Source of the DNA: Bacillota bacterium
Lineage (GTDB): Bacteria > Bacillota > Clostridia > Christensenellales > Aristaeellaceae
Direction of reading: 5' to 3'
Assembly: GCA_023444095.1 (NCBI GenBank)
Contig: JAEZRP010000006.1
Span: 1-64,000, forward strand
DNA: 64,000 nucleotides
Position 1 is the stretch's first letter, and each line of letters begins with the position of its first letter. Positions 20,111 through 30,215 of the stretch are shown here, in pieces. The notes beneath the pieces were generated by a model that had not been told where the DNA came from, searched no databases, and saw only the letters and a list, made by a program, of their open reading frames with translations. The position numbers were made by a program, and so were the translations under genes.

Positions 20111-20526
20111 TGACGCCGTATCTGACCTTTGCCGGCGATTGCCGCGCCGCGCTCACGCTTTACGCCGAGGCGTTTCAAAGCGAGATCCGCATGGAACGGA
20201 CGTACGGGGACTACGTGCCGGAAGGCGTCGCGCACCCGCCGAAGGACCTGTGCGACTGGATTCTGCACGCAGAGATGGAAATCTCGGGCACGAACGTCTG
20301 GCTCGCGGACGAGATCCTTGCGCCCGTGTCGCCCGGTTCCATGGTGAAGCTCGTCGCGACGGCGCCGAGCGCGGCGGAGGGATGGCGCGTCTTTGACGCC
20401 CTCCTCCCAGGCGGACGCGTCACGCTCCCGCCAACGGACACGTTCTACTCGACGTTCCACGCGGGGCTCGTCGACCGATTCGGCGTCCACTGGAACATCG
20501 TCGCCGAGGAAGCACCCGCGCCGTGA
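20108..20526 (+). CDS. VOC-family protein (PhnB/glyoxalase-like)
   Basis: MMTPYLTFAGDCRAALTLYAEAF... is typical of PhnB-like VOC proteins. The ATG overlaps the upstream stop (ATGA). Confidence 0.65.
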
Positions 20527-20551
20527 TCAAGGATGCGAAGGCATAAGATTG

Positions 20552-20594
20552 GGCTGTTGCAGATTTCCGTTTCCTGCAACAGCCCTTTTTTTAT
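20552..20594 (+). terminator. Rho-independent terminator
   Basis: gggctgttgcag...ctgcaacagccc is followed by TTTTTTTA. Confidence 0.75.
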
Positions 20595-20750
20595 GTCTCA
20601 CCGTACCAAAATCCATGACACGGCACATCTGTCAGGCAGGCGTCGCGCTCGCAAAATCGGCCGTCGGAGGGTTGACCTCTGGACGGCCGACGCACATCTG
20701 CCGGAGTTCTGGCTTATCAGAGGATCGCCGACCTTAGCGGGCCCTCTCTC

Positions 20751-21884
20751 TCAGTACCCCGCGCTCTCCTCATGGATGATCGAGAGCATGTCCGGAATCG
20801 GGGTTGCGAAGTGCTGCGGGCAGGCGGAGACGCACGCGCCGCAGGCGATGCACTTCAACTCCGGCACCTGCCTCTTGTACCGCTCGAAGTAGCCCTTGAG
20901 GTTGTCAAACATGTGGGCCTGATCGTAGCCGCGCAGGATGTGCGGGATGTTGATCTCCATCGGGCAGGGCATGCAGTATTCGCAGCCCGTGCAGCCAACC
21001 TTGATGCGCGCCTCATAGGCCTCGCGAACCTTGGTGAGCATGGCGCGCTCATCGTCCGAGAGGCAGTAAGCGTCGCTTTCGGAGAAGATGCGCAGATTGT
21101 CGTTCAGTTGCTCCATGTTGCTCATGCCGGAAAGGATGGTCATGAACTCCGGCTTGTCGATGAGCCACTTGAACGCCCACTCGGCGGGGCTTAATTCCTT
21201 GCCCGTGGAGCCGTAGAGCTTCATGATGGATTCCGGAACGCTTTTCGTGAGGCCGCCGCCGCGCACGGGTTCCATGGCAATCACGCCGATCCCCCGCTTC
21301 GCCGCCTCGCGCACGCCGTCCATGGTCGCCTGGCTGAACTCGTCAAGGACGTTCATCTGTACCTGGCAGACCTTCCAGTCGTATGCATTCAGGATTTCTA
21401 GGAAGGCGTCCTTCTCGTCGTGGAAGGAGAAGCCGGGATAGAGAACCTTACCCTTTTTTACCATCTCGTCGAGGAATCTGGCAAAACCGATCTCGACGAG
21501 CTTTTTGAAGCGATCCCCGTCGAGCGCGTGGAGAAGGTACACGTCCACGTGATCGGTCCCGAGCTTCTGAAGCTGCTCGTCGAGGAGCACCTCGAAGTCC
21601 TCGTACTTCTCGACCTTCCAAACAGGCGATTTCGTCGCGAGGATCACCTTTTCGCGGTATCCGTCCTGAAGCGCCCTGCCGACGAGCACCTCGCTCATGC
21701 CGCCGTGGTAGGGGTATGCCGTGTCGATGTAATTGATCCCGCTGTCGATGGCGTGGCGAACCATTTTGATCGCCTCGGGCATGTCGATGGGATGGTTTTC
21801 CTCCGGAAGCGTGGGAAGGCGCATGCAGCCTATGCCGAGCGCGCTGACCATAACTTCCGTTCCGGGCATTTTGCGGTAGTTCAT
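20751..21884 (-). CDS. Aldo/keto reductase fused to a C-terminal 4Fe-4S ferredoxin domain
   Basis: An AKR TIM barrel (IDTAYPYHGG) is followed by CTGCEYCMPCP...CIACGACVSACP. Confidence 0.8.
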   Translation of the reverse strand: MNYRKMPGTEVMVSALGIGCMRLPTLPEENHPIDMPEAIKMVRHAIDSGINYIDTAYPYHGGMSEVLVGRALQDGYREKVILATKSPVWKVEKYEDFEVLLDEQLQKLGTDHVDVYLLHALDGDRFKKLVEIGFARFLDEMVKKGKVLYPGFSFHDEKDAFLEILNAYDWKVCQVQMNVLDEFSQATMDGVREAAKRGIGVIAMEPVRGGGLTKSVPESIMKLYGSTGKELSPAEWAFKWLIDKPEFMTILSGMSNMEQLNDNLRIFSESDAYCLSDDERAMLTKVREAYEARIKVGCTGCEYCMPCPMEINIPHILRGYDQAHMFDNLKGYFERYKRQVPELKCIACGACVSACPQHFATPIPDMLSIIHEESAGY

Positions 21885-21885
21885 T

Positions 21886-23652
21886 TTACTCCTCCATTTC
21901 CATGTCGTCGCCGGAATCCGAGCCAGCGGATTGGGGAGCGAGCGGAAGCGTCACGAGAAACTCCGTCCCCTCGCCCAGCTTCGAATGCACCTCGATCTCG
22001 CCGTGCATCGTGCGGACGATGTGCTTGACGATCGCGAGGCCGAGGCCCGTCCCGCCCATCGAGCGGGAACGGCCCTTATCTACGCGATAGAAGCGCTCGA
22101 ACATGCGCGGCAGGTGCTCCTCCGCGATACCAATGCCCGTGTCCGCGACGGACAGATTCGCTTCCGTGGCGTTCTTGAATACCTGCACCGTCACGGAACC
22201 GCCGGGCTTATTGTACTTGATGCCGTTTTCAACGAGGTTGATGAGCATCTGCTCCACATGGTCCTTGTTGCCGATGACGTAGACCGGGTCCGCGTTCATG
22301 TGGCAGGAGAGTCGGACTTCCTTCTCCCCGGCGTGGATCGCGAGCATCTCGGTCACGCCGAAGGCCACCTTGTCGAGCCGGATGCGCTCCTTCGGCGCCT
22401 CGTCCATGCCTGACTCGAGCTTTGAAATCGACAGGATATCATTGATGAGCCGCGTGAGGCGCTCGGTTTCGAGCATGATGATGTTGAGAAACTTCCTCGC
22501 CATCTCCGGCTTCTCGATCGCGCCGTCAAGGAGCGTCTCCACGAAGCCACGGATCGAGGTGAGCGGCGTCTTGAGCTCGTGCGAGACATTCGCCGCGAAG
22601 TCCGTGCGCACCTGCTCAAGCCTGCGGAGCTCGGTAATATCCTCCACCATGGCAAGCGCGCCCACGACCTTCCCATCCTTGCGCATGGGCGATACGTAGA
22701 GCCGAAGCGGCCTGTGCCCGCGCCCGATGGCGGTGCGAGCCGCAACCTCGTTGGTGTAGACGCCGCCTTGAAGCATGGCGTCCGAGAGCACCTGATCGAG
22801 CCGCACGTCCCGTGAAGCGTCGTTGATGTGCATGCCCTGCGCGGACCCCGTGATGCCGAGAAGCTGCTTGGCGACCGGGGTCACGAGGATGACGCGCAGC
22901 TTGTCGTCCACCGCGATGATGCCGTTTTGCATCTGGTTCATGACGACTGAGAGCGCCTGATTGCGGCTCCTCTGATTAAAGATTCGCTCGTCGATGCGCG
23001 AGAGGATGGCGTTATACTCGGCGGTCGCGTCTTTCCCGAAGCCGTCCGCGCGCGTCAGGCGCACGTCGAAGCGGCCGTCCGAATACGAATCGAGCACATC
23101 CATGATCCGCTCGATCGCGCGGCTGCGCCGGGCATTCAATAGGATGAGTGCGGTGAAAAACGAGAGCGCGATCACCAGAAAGATGCAAACATAAACCGCA
23201 GGTCCGCTCGCGCCGACCGACTGCCAGAAGCCCTCCCGCGCGACTGAGACCCGGAGGAACGAACCGTCCTCCAGAACTCCGATCGCGTACAGGATCGATT
23301 CGCCGTCCGATCCCGTCCTTTTGTAGACGCCCGATCTCCCCTCGCGCGCCTGTGCGATGTCTTGCTGATCGAGGGGCGCGGCCACCGCGTCAGAAGCGTA
23401 GACCGCGTCGCCCTTTCCGTTATAGACGCCCAGCGCGAGCCCCTTTTTGCGCAGATACTGGGTGAGCGCAGAAAAGCCCTCCGCATCCTTTCCGGAGGGC
23501 GCTGTCCCGGTGACGAGCCTGAGCGCCAGTTCTACGTCATCCGAAAGCCTCTCATTGCGCTCCTCAACAATTGCGAGACAGCTGAGCACGACGAGCAGAA
23601 CAAGCGCAAGCAATGTCGAGAGGGTTGCGGCGAGCGCAACCCTGCTTCTCAC
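21886..23652 (-). CDS. Sensor histidine kinase (2 TM, extracytoplasmic sensor, HAMP-PAS-HisKA-HATPase; PhoR/ResE-like)
   Basis: H-box SHELKTPLTSI, N and G boxes (NLVENGIKY, GTGLGLAIVK). The start overlaps the RR stop by 4 nt. Confidence 0.85.
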   Translation of the reverse strand: MRSRVALAATLSTLLALVLLVVLSCLAIVEERNERLSDDVELALRLVTGTAPSGKDAEGFSALTQYLRKKGLALGVYNGKGDAVYASDAVAAPLDQQDIAQAREGRSGVYKRTGSDGESILYAIGVLEDGSFLRVSVAREGFWQSVGASGPAVYVCIFLVIALSFFTALILLNARRSRAIERIMDVLDSYSDGRFDVRLTRADGFGKDATAEYNAILSRIDERIFNQRSRNQALSVVMNQMQNGIIAVDDKLRVILVTPVAKQLLGITGSAQGMHINDASRDVRLDQVLSDAMLQGGVYTNEVAARTAIGRGHRPLRLYVSPMRKDGKVVGALAMVEDITELRRLEQVRTDFAANVSHELKTPLTSIRGFVETLLDGAIEKPEMARKFLNIIMLETERLTRLINDILSISKLESGMDEAPKERIRLDKVAFGVTEMLAIHAGEKEVRLSCHMNADPVYVIGNKDHVEQMLINLVENGIKYNKPGGSVTVQVFKNATEANLSVADTGIGIAEEHLPRMFERFYRVDKGRSRSMGGTGLGLAIVKHIVRTMHGEIEVHSKLGEGTEFLVTLPLAPQSAGSDSGDDMEMEE

Positions 23653-24350
23653 AACCGATTCTCCTGCTTATCGTTGAACTTGTAGCCGACGCCGCGGATC
23701 GTCTCGATGTAGCGCGCGTCGTCGCCAAGCTTCTGGCGGATGTGGCGGATGTGGACGTCGACGGTTCTGGTCTCGCCGTAGAACTCGTAGCCCCAGATGC
23801 GGTCCAGGAGAAAATCGCGGGTCAGGACCTTGCCGCGGCTCAGGACCAAGAGCTTCAAAAGCTCAAATTCCTTGAGCGTGAGGGACAGCTTCTCGCCGTT
23901 TCGGAAGGCCTCGTAGTTGCCGACGTCAATGGTGAGTCCGCCAACGTGCAGGATGCCTTCCTCCTCGCTCTGGGGCGCTGCGCGCCGGAGGAGCGCCTTC
24001 ACGCGCGCGATCAGCTCGCGCACGGAGAACGGCTTGGTGATGTAGTCATCCGCGCCGAGCTCGAGGCCCAGTATCTTGTCCACTTCATCGCCCTTGGCGG
24101 TGAGCATGATGATCGGGATGTCGGCCGTGGTGGACGCGCTTTTCAGGCGGCGGCACACCTCCATGCCGTCGATCCCCGGCAGCATGATATCGAGAAGTAC
24201 CATCGCCGGACGCTCATGCGCACAAACCACCAGCGCATCTTCGCCCGTGGCGGCAGTGACTACTCGGTACCCTGAGGCCTCGAGATTGAACGACAAGAGT
24301 TCAAGGATATGAGCCTCGTCGTCAACGGCCAATATTAATTCGTTTGCCAT
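23649..24350 (-). CDS. OmpR/PhoB-family response regulator
   Basis: A REC domain (D-box LLDIMLPGIDG) plus a winged-helix trans_reg_C domain. Confidence 0.85.
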   Translation of the reverse strand: MANELILAVDDEAHILELLSFNLEASGYRVVTAATGEDALVVCAHERPAMVLLDIMLPGIDGMEVCRRLKSASTTADIPIIMLTAKGDEVDKILGLELGADDYITKPFSVRELIARVKALLRRAAPQSEEEGILHVGGLTIDVGNYEAFRNGEKLSLTLKEFELLKLLVLSRGKVLTRDFLLDRIWGYEFYGETRTVDVHIRHIRQKLGDDARYIETIRGVGYKFNDKQENRL

Positions 24351-24374
24351 GTGCGTGTCCTCATTTCTTGTGAA

Positions 24375-24869
24375 TTAGTATTTACCCGGCGGGTTCGAAC
24401 CGTCGGTACTACCCATTTCCGAATCGGTAAGAAGTTTGGAAAGCTCCGTCATGAAGGTTTGAATGTCCTTGAATTGGCGGTAAACGGAGGCGAACCGCAC
24501 GTACGCGACCTCGTCGAGCAGCTTGAGCTCGTCCATCACGATTTCCCCGATCGTCTGGCTGGTCACTTCCGTGTCCCCCGAGGAGTACACGCGCTTTTCC
24601 ACATTCCGAACGAGTTCGTCGATCTGGTTCAATGACACGGGCCGCTTCTGGCAGGCTTTGATGATGCCCAGCCGGAGCTTGGCCGAATCGAAGGTCTCCC
24701 GGGTCCTGTCTCGCTTCACGACCATGATGGGGATCACTTCGATCTTCTCATAGGTCGTGAACCTGCGCCCGCAGGCCTCGCATTCCCGTCTCCGGCGTAT
24801 GCTCGTGCCGTCGTCGCTCTGTCTGGAGTCGACGACGCGGCTCTGCATACATCCGCACAGCACGCATTT
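24375..24869 (-). CDS. nrdR: Transcriptional repressor NrdR
   Basis: An N-terminal zinc ribbon (KCVLCG...CEACGRRF) and an ATP-cone. I favour the GTG start, which has a gaggtga RBS and a TGTGTATAAT extended -10 upstream. Confidence 0.75.
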   Translation of the reverse strand, partial: KCVLCGCMQSRVVDSRQSDDGTSIRRRRECEACGRRFTTYEKIEVIPIMVVKRDRTRETFDSAKLRLGIIKACQKRPVSLNQIDELVRNVEKRVYSSGDTEVTSQTIGEIVMDELKLLDEVAYVRFASVYRQFKDIQTFMTELSKLLTDSEMGSTDGSNPPGKY

Positions 24870-25003
24870 CACGAACGCGCTCACCTCATTCGTTAATATT
24901 ATACACAATGTTGCGCTTTAAGTCTAGTCTTTTGTGAAAAAATGTGTCATATGCCCCCTGCTTCCACCCGAAATATTCACGGAAAACGCAAAAATTCGGA
25001 CGT

Positions 25004-25245
25004 TTATCCGTCCGAATCCAGCTCCACCAGGATGACGTCGTCGCCGATTCTACGTATTCTGTCCCAAGGGATCATAAGTCCTTCCCGATCGAGCTTGAAC
25101 ATGCCCAGCATGCCGCACTGCTCCGGGACGATAATTGCCTCCACGCACGCTCGCTCGTTGAGGCACAGGTCGTATGGCCTGCCCAGACGCCGCCCGTCGC
25201 AGATGTTGATCACGTCCTTTTGCTTCAGCTCCGAAAATGTCATGC
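25004..25245 (-). CDS. ylmC: YlmC/YmxH-family PRC-barrel protein (sporulation-associated)
   Basis: MTFSELKQKDVINICDGRRLG... is the hallmark N-terminus of YlmC/YmxH. The RBS is agggggg. Confidence 0.75.
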
Positions 25246-25448
25246 GATCGCCCCCCTGTACCATAGTATGCGGCTGATACCCCACGCGATTTTTTCGACA
25301 CGATGGGGTCGAAGGCGCTCCAAAAATGCACAACTTGTCGATGGCACAAAATGCCTGATTTTCCTTTATTTTACAAGACATTTCGATGAAAGGAAGGCAT
25401 AAAGGTTACCTGAACAGTTACATAAATCGTTTTATAATTCTCACTTTA

Positions 25449-25464
25449 TGCGTCGAATGTCGAA
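25449..25464 (+). promoter_or_regulatory. Tandem Spo0A-box-like motifs (tGCGTCGAA TGTCGAA) upstream of spoIIGA
   Basis: A perfect TGTCGAA and an adjacent cGTCGAA lie ~75-90 nt upstream of the spoIIGA start, with a TTGGCA -35-like hexamer just downstream. Confidence 0.45.
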
Positions 25465-25539
25465 TTTGGCACAATTTTACCCGACTTTTTTCACGCGATA
25501 TTCATCATTTCATCCGCTAAACTCAACGCACGAGGTGAT

Positions 25540-26325
25540 TTGGTGCGCCTGAGCGTTGAAAGCGTGTTCCTTTTCAACTTTGCGCTGGATGCGCTTACCA
25601 TCGCGGCGACGATCAGGCACAGAGTACGGCTGCGGCCCACACGGATACTTGCGGCGGCGGCGTTTGGCGGCATGTCCGCGTCGTATCTCGCGCTCGTTGG
25701 CGCAGGCGGTATCTTTCGCGTTGCCTCGGCGCTCCTGACCGCGCCCGTTATGGTGCGCGTCGCGGCCGGGAGGACGGGCCTCCGGACGCTTTTGGGCCTC
25801 TCGGCGGCGCTCATCTCCGTTTCGGCGTTCATGGCGGGCATCATGGGCGCTATGTCCGGCATATCATTTTGGGCATCGCTCCTTGCTTGCGTGACTTCCG
25901 CCATCGTGGCGGGCGCCGCGCTCGGCCTTCGGCGCAGATCGATGGACACTTGGGAAGCGTGGATTGAAATGAGCTACCGGGGCGTCAGGGTGCGCTTCCG
26001 GGCGCTGGTCGATACCGGGAATCGGCTGACGGAACCCTTAAGCGGTCTTCCCGTCATGATTGTCTCCCAAGATGAAATTGAGGAAATCCTTCCCGATGAT
26101 TTCTGCCCGGAGAGGGCGCTCGAGACACTTCCGCGCGGGTTCCGACTCGTTGGTTACGGCGGAGTCGGGGGCGCCGGTGAGCTTGGATGCTTCCTGCCGG
26201 ACGAGCTTGCGGCGGACACGGGCAACGGCGAACGGCCAATGGACGATATCTGGATCGCGGTCTATCCCGGCAAACTTCCCGGCGGGGCGGCGGCTCTCGC
26301 TCCGCCGATCTTTTTACATTCATGA
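25540..26325 (+). CDS. spoIIGA: Sigma-E processing peptidase SpoIIGA
   Basis: An N-terminal membrane domain and a C-terminal aspartic protease with LVDTGN. It uses a TTG start with a gaggtga RBS and is followed by sigE. Confidence 0.85.
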   Translation: MVRLSVESVFLFNFALDALTIAATIRHRVRLRPTRILAAAAFGGMSASYLALVGAGGIFRVASALLTAPVMVRVAAGRTGLRTLLGLSAALISVSAFMAGIMGAMSGISFWASLLACVTSAIVAGAALGLRRRSMDTWEAWIEMSYRGVRVRFRALVDTGNRLTEPLSGLPVMIVSQDEIEEILPDDFCPERALETLPRGFRLVGYGGVGGAGELGCFLPDELAADTGNGERPMDDIWIAVYPGKLPGGAAALAPPIFLHS

Positions 26326-26344
26326 TTGAACGGAGGGGAATGGA

Positions 26345-27049
26345 ATGGTCAACTCGATCAGCAAATCGATCTTCGGACTCGTCGTACACTTGAGGCGTGG
26401 AAACGTCTGCTACATCGGTGGGAGCGACACGCTCCCGCCCCCGCTGACGCGCGAGGAGGAACTTGCGCTCATGGCGCGCATGTCAGGCGGCGACAACGGC
26501 GCGCGCGCCACGCTCATCGAGCGGAATCTCCGCCTCGTCGTCTACATCGCGCGCAAATTCGAGAACACGGGAATCGGCATCGAGGATCTCATCTCCGTCG
26601 GCACGATCGGCCTGATCAAGGCGGTCAACTCGTTTGACGCGGACAAGAACATCAAGCTCGCGACCTACGCGTCGCGCTGCATCGAAAACGAAATTCTGAT
26701 GGTTCTCAGGCGGACGAGCAGACTGAAGCTCGAGGTATCCTTCGACGAGCCGCTGAATACGGACGTCGACGGAAACGAGCTTTTGCTCTCGGATGTCCTC
26801 GGAACCGAGCCTGACCTCGTCTCGCGCAACCTCGATTCCTCGATCGAGCGCGACACCCTCCGGATCGCGATTCGGGAACTCTCGACGCGCGAACGCAACA
26901 TCGTGGAACTCAGGTACGGCATCGGCGGCGGCAGCGAGCGCACGCAAAAGGAGGTCGCCGACATGCTCGGCATCTCTCAAAGCTACATATCCCGGCTCGA
27001 AAAAAGAATCATCGGAAAGCTTCGTGTGGAAATGGACAAAATGGCGTAA
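26345..27049 (+). CDS. sigE: Sporulation sigma factor SigE (pro-sigma-E)
   Basis: Near-collinear with the B. subtilis SigE I remember ([14 protein letters not shown]...[22 protein letters not shown]...[13 protein letters not shown]). Confidence 0.9.
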   Translation: MVNSISKSIFGLVVHLRRGNVCYIGGSDTLPPPLTREEELALMARMSGGDNGARATLIERNLRLVVYIARKFENTGIGIEDLISVGTIGLIKAVNSFDADKNIKLATYASRCIENEILMVLRRTSRLKLEVSFDEPLNTDVDGNELLLSDVLGTEPDLVSRNLDSSIERDTLRIAIRELSTRERNIVELRYGIGGGSERTQKEVADMLGISQSYISRLEKRIIGKLRVEMDKMA

Positions 27050-27087
27050 AACAGACTTTCGCTTGTTTTTCGCGTTTGCGCTGATTT

Positions 27088-27117
27088 GAATATCCGGCCT
27101 TCGCAGCGGCAATACTT
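27088..27117 (+). promoter_or_regulatory. Putative forespore (sigma-F/sigma-G-type) promoter: -35 GAATA, 15-nt spacer, -10 GGCAATACTT
   Basis: The pattern matches G(A/T)ATA-N15-GGnnAnAnT(A); it lies 22 nt upstream of the sigG ATG. Confidence 0.4.
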
Positions 27118-27139
27118 TGTCTGCTACGGAGGTGACGAT

Positions 27140-27913
27140 ATGCCATCCAACAAGGTTGAGATCTGCGGCGTGGACACGTCCACCCTGCCCGTACTCAACA
27201 ACGAGCGGATGCGCGAACTCTTCCCGCGCGTGCATGCGGGCGACGTCGAGGCGCGCAACGAGTTCATTCAGGGGAATCTCCGGCTCGTCCTGAGCGTAAT
27301 TCAACGGTTCAACAATCGGGGCGAGAGCGTCGACGACCTGTTTCAGGTGGGCTGCATCGGCCTCATCAAGGCCATCGACAATTTTGACGTGACCCAAAAC
27401 GTGCGCTTTTCCACCTACGCGGTGCCGATGATCATCGGCGAAATCCGGCGGTATCTGCGCGACAACAATCCGATCCGCGTTTCGCGCTCCCTCCGGGACA
27501 CAGCCTACAAGGCGCTGCGCGCGCGGGAAGCGCTTACCTACGAGCGCGGCCGCGAACCGCGCGTGGACGAGATCGCCCGGCAGATGGAAATGCCGGAGGA
27601 GGACGTCGTGTACGCGCTCGAGGCGATCCAGGACCCCGTGTCGCTGTTCGATCCCGTGTATCAGGACGGGGGCGACGCCATCTACGTCATGGATCAGGTG
27701 CGCGACAACCGCGTGAGCGAGGATGATTGGGTGCGCGACCTCTCCATCAATCAGGCGCTCTCGCGGCTCGCGGAGCGGGAGCGGAACATCATCAACCGCC
27801 GCTTCTTTCAGGGCCGCACGCAGATGGAGGTCGCGGAAGAGATCGGCATCTCGCAGGCACAGGTTTCGCGGCTTGAAAAGTCCGCGCTCCAGCAGATGCG
27901 AAAATATGTTTAA
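27140..27913 (+). CDS. sigG: Sporulation sigma factor SigG
   Basis: ...FDVTQNVRFSTYAVPMIIGEIRRYLRDNNPIRVSR... The start is at MPSNKV with a ggaggtga RBS, immediately after sigE. Confidence 0.85.
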   Translation: MPSNKVEICGVDTSTLPVLNNERMRELFPRVHAGDVEARNEFIQGNLRLVLSVIQRFNNRGESVDDLFQVGCIGLIKAIDNFDVTQNVRFSTYAVPMIIGEIRRYLRDNNPIRVSRSLRDTAYKALRAREALTYERGREPRVDEIARQMEMPEEDVVYALEAIQDPVSLFDPVYQDGGDAIYVMDQVRDNRVSEDDWVRDLSINQALSRLAERERNIINRRFFQGRTQMEVAEEIGISQAQVSRLEKSALQQMRKYV

Positions 27914-28677
27914 ACGCTTGGATCGCCGGCGGAGGAACCGTCGGCGGTTCCTTTTTCAAGAGCGTTTCCCGGGACAGCCATGAAAAGATAGATGGTGTAG
28001 CCGACCGACACGACCGTGATCAGCGCGGCCTGGATCGTGTGATCGACGCTGTTCCCTGGCGCGGCGAAAACACTCAGCGCGTTGATGATCCCGTGGACGA
28101 CGATGCAGGGGACGAGCGAGCCGCTCTTGACAAAAAAGACGGTAAACAAAAAACCAATCGACGTCGCGTACACGATTTGGAGGGCCGTCTCGAGGACGCT
28201 CGCCCCCGTCAGAAAGTTTACGATGTGGCCGAGTCCGAACGTGAGGGACGAGACGACGACCGCGGATTGGAGGCTCCTTTGCGCGATCGCCCGGAAAAGC
28301 AGGCCGCGAAAGACGATCTCCTCGACAAAGCCGACGAACAGCATGGAGAGGATGATGACCGTGGTTTCATGGGCGGGAAAGTTGATCGCCACGCCGCCCC
28401 AAAGGTTGCTCGAGGCGATGACGGCGAGGGGGATGAGGTAAAGGGATCGCGCGTAGCCGATGCCCCGGTTCCGGCAAAGACCAAAGCGCTTCCACAGCCC
28501 GTTTTTCCGGATAAAGCCGACGAGAAGGAGCGAGGCGAGAAAGAGCGCCGGAAGGGTCGCGATCTGCCGGATGCCGATGAGAGCGGAAACGGTATCCGTG
28601 GCGCCGATGAGAAGGATGTATCCTGCGATCCAGAAAAGCGCGAAGAGCAGCGGATTTTTTCTGTAGAGTCCGGTCAT
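27910..28677 (-). CDS. CPBP-family intramembrane glutamic endopeptidase (CAAX protease/Abi-like)
   Basis: EEIVFRG, FGLGH and HGIINA motifs are present; it is polytopic. Confidence 0.75.
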   Translation of the reverse strand: MTGLYRKNPLLFALFWIAGYILLIGATDTVSALIGIRQIATLPALFLASLLLVGFIRKNGLWKRFGLCRNRGIGYARSLYLIPLAVIASSNLWGGVAINFPAHETTVIILSMLFVGFVEEIVFRGLLFRAIAQRSLQSAVVVSSLTFGLGHIVNFLTGASVLETALQIVYATSIGFLFTVFFVKSGSLVPCIVVHGIINALSVFAAPGNSVDHTIQAALITVVSVGYTIYLFMAVPGNALEKGTADGSSAGDPSV

Positions 28678-28801
28678 TTTATTTCCTCCGATCCATTTTT
28701 TTGACGCGCGCCATTCTCCCCCTCCCTTCCGTGCGCGATGCTTATATCAGATTAAAATTCTTATGAAAAGACCCCGCGCCTGTGCGACGCGGGGCGATTG
28801 G

Positions 28802-30196
28802 TCAGCCGTTTCCCTCTATTTTTGCGTCGTCCTTCTCCCCCGCGTCCCTCCCGAGGACGGGCGGGAGCTCCATCCCCGCCTGCCTGAACAGCTCGTTCAT
28901 CGGCGGGATGGCCTTCAGCATGCCGGAGAGGAAGTTCGCCGTGGCAGGCGTCCCGTTTCCCCCGTTCATGCCGTCCCAGACGGTAACCTTGTCGATCTTG
29001 ATGTTCTTGATGGCCTCGACCTGCATCTTGACGAGCTCCTCGAGCTTGTCCGCGATGATGAACTTCACGGCTGCGTCGGGGTCCCCTCCCGCTGCCTCCA
29101 CGAGTTTCTGCATGCCCGCCGCCTGCCGGGTGAGGACCTCCTCGATGCCCTTTGCCTGTGCGGCCATGCGGGCGTAGATGGCGTCCGCGTCGCCCTTCGC
29201 CTTACGGCGCGTGACCTCAGCCTCGGCCTCGGCTGCGATTTCCACCTGCTGCTTCTCGATTTCGGCCTTGACGATGACGTCTGCCTGCTGGGACGCGCGC
29301 TCAAGCTCGGCGCGGGTCTGCTCGGCCGCCTGCTGCGCACCGTAGGCTTCCTTCAAGGCGAGGGCGGCCTGTACCTTTTCGGCGGCGGTTGCGATCTTGA
29401 GAGCCTCCGCCTCCTTCTCGCGCCTTCTTGCCTCGGATTGGGCGACCTCGATCTTCGCGTCGTTTTCGCCCTTGATGGCGGTTGCGTCGGCGGCGGCGAC
29501 CTGGATGCGCTGATCCATGTGCGCGTTGGCCTGACCGATTTCACCGTCGCGGTTCTTCTCGGCGACCGACTTCTTCGCGTCGTTGATCGCCTTCGCGGCA
29601 GCCTCCTTGCCAAGCGCCTCTATGTAACCGGATTCGTCGTTGATGTCGGTCACGTTGACGTTGATGAGCCTGAGACCGATCTTCTTGAGCTCGATTTCAA
29701 CATTGTTGGAGACGGCGAGCAGGAACTTGTCGCGGTCGGTGTTGATCTCCTCGATGTCCATCGTCGCGATGACCAGGCGCAACTGACCGAAGATGATGTC
29801 CTTGGCGAGCTCCTGAATCTCCGGAAGTTTCAGGCCAAGAAGGCGCTCGGCGGCATTCTGCATGATGCCCGTCTCGGTCGAAATGCCAACCGTGAAGCGC
29901 GAGGGCACGTCCACGCGGATGTTCTGCTTGGAGAGCGCGTTCTTGAGGTCGACGTTAATGGAGATGGGCGTCAGGTCCAGATACTGGTACGATTGAAGCA
30001 CGGGGATGATGAACGCCGCGCCGCCGTGGATGCACTTGGCCGAGCGGCTCTGCCCCTCCCTGTCGGAACCGACCTTACCGTAAATGACGAGCACCTTGTC
30101 GGACGGACACTTCCGGTATCTGGAGAGAATGCCGATGATGACGACCAGAAGCACAACGACGACGATTACCGTAATCCCGAGCACATAGGATCCCAT
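28802..30196 (-). CDS. Flotillin-like SPFH/band-7 protein (YqiK/FloT-like)
   Basis: An N-terminal TM, an SPFH domain and a long Ala/Glu-rich coiled-coil (EA repeats). Confidence 0.8.
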   Translation of the reverse strand: MGSYVLGITVIVVVVLLVVIIGILSRYRKCPSDKVLVIYGKVGSDREGQSRSAKCIHGGAAFIIPVLQSYQYLDLTPISINVDLKNALSKQNIRVDVPSRFTVGISTETGIMQNAAERLLGLKLPEIQELAKDIIFGQLRLVIATMDIEEINTDRDKFLLAVSNNVEIELKKIGLRLINVNVTDINDESGYIEALGKEAAAKAINDAKKSVAEKNRDGEIGQANAHMDQRIQVAAADATAIKGENDAKIEVAQSEARRREKEAEALKIATAAEKVQAALALKEAYGAQQAAEQTRAELERASQQADVIVKAEIEKQQVEIAAEAEAEVTRRKAKGDADAIYARMAAQAKGIEEVLTRQAAGMQKLVEAAGGDPDAAVKFIIADKLEELVKMQVEAIKNIKIDKVTVWDGMNGGNGTPATANFLSGMLKAIPPMNELFRQAGMELPPVLGRDAGEKDDAKIEGNG

Positions 30197-30215
30197 AGTA
30201 CGCCTCCTGTCGGTT

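Noticed and set aside
19834-20526. 230-aa plus-strand ORF fusing the upstream region with the VOC protein
   Set aside because: The N-terminal 90 aa overlap the real small membrane-protein gene in another frame. The genuine VOC start is the ATG at 20108, overlapping the upstream stop (ATGA).
24381-24400. GGGTTCGAACC tRNA T-arm-like motif (also GATTCGAACC at ~45140)
   Set aside because: Both fall inside well-supported CDSs (the nrdR C-terminus and a GNAT gene). No acceptor or anticodon arms can be built around them.
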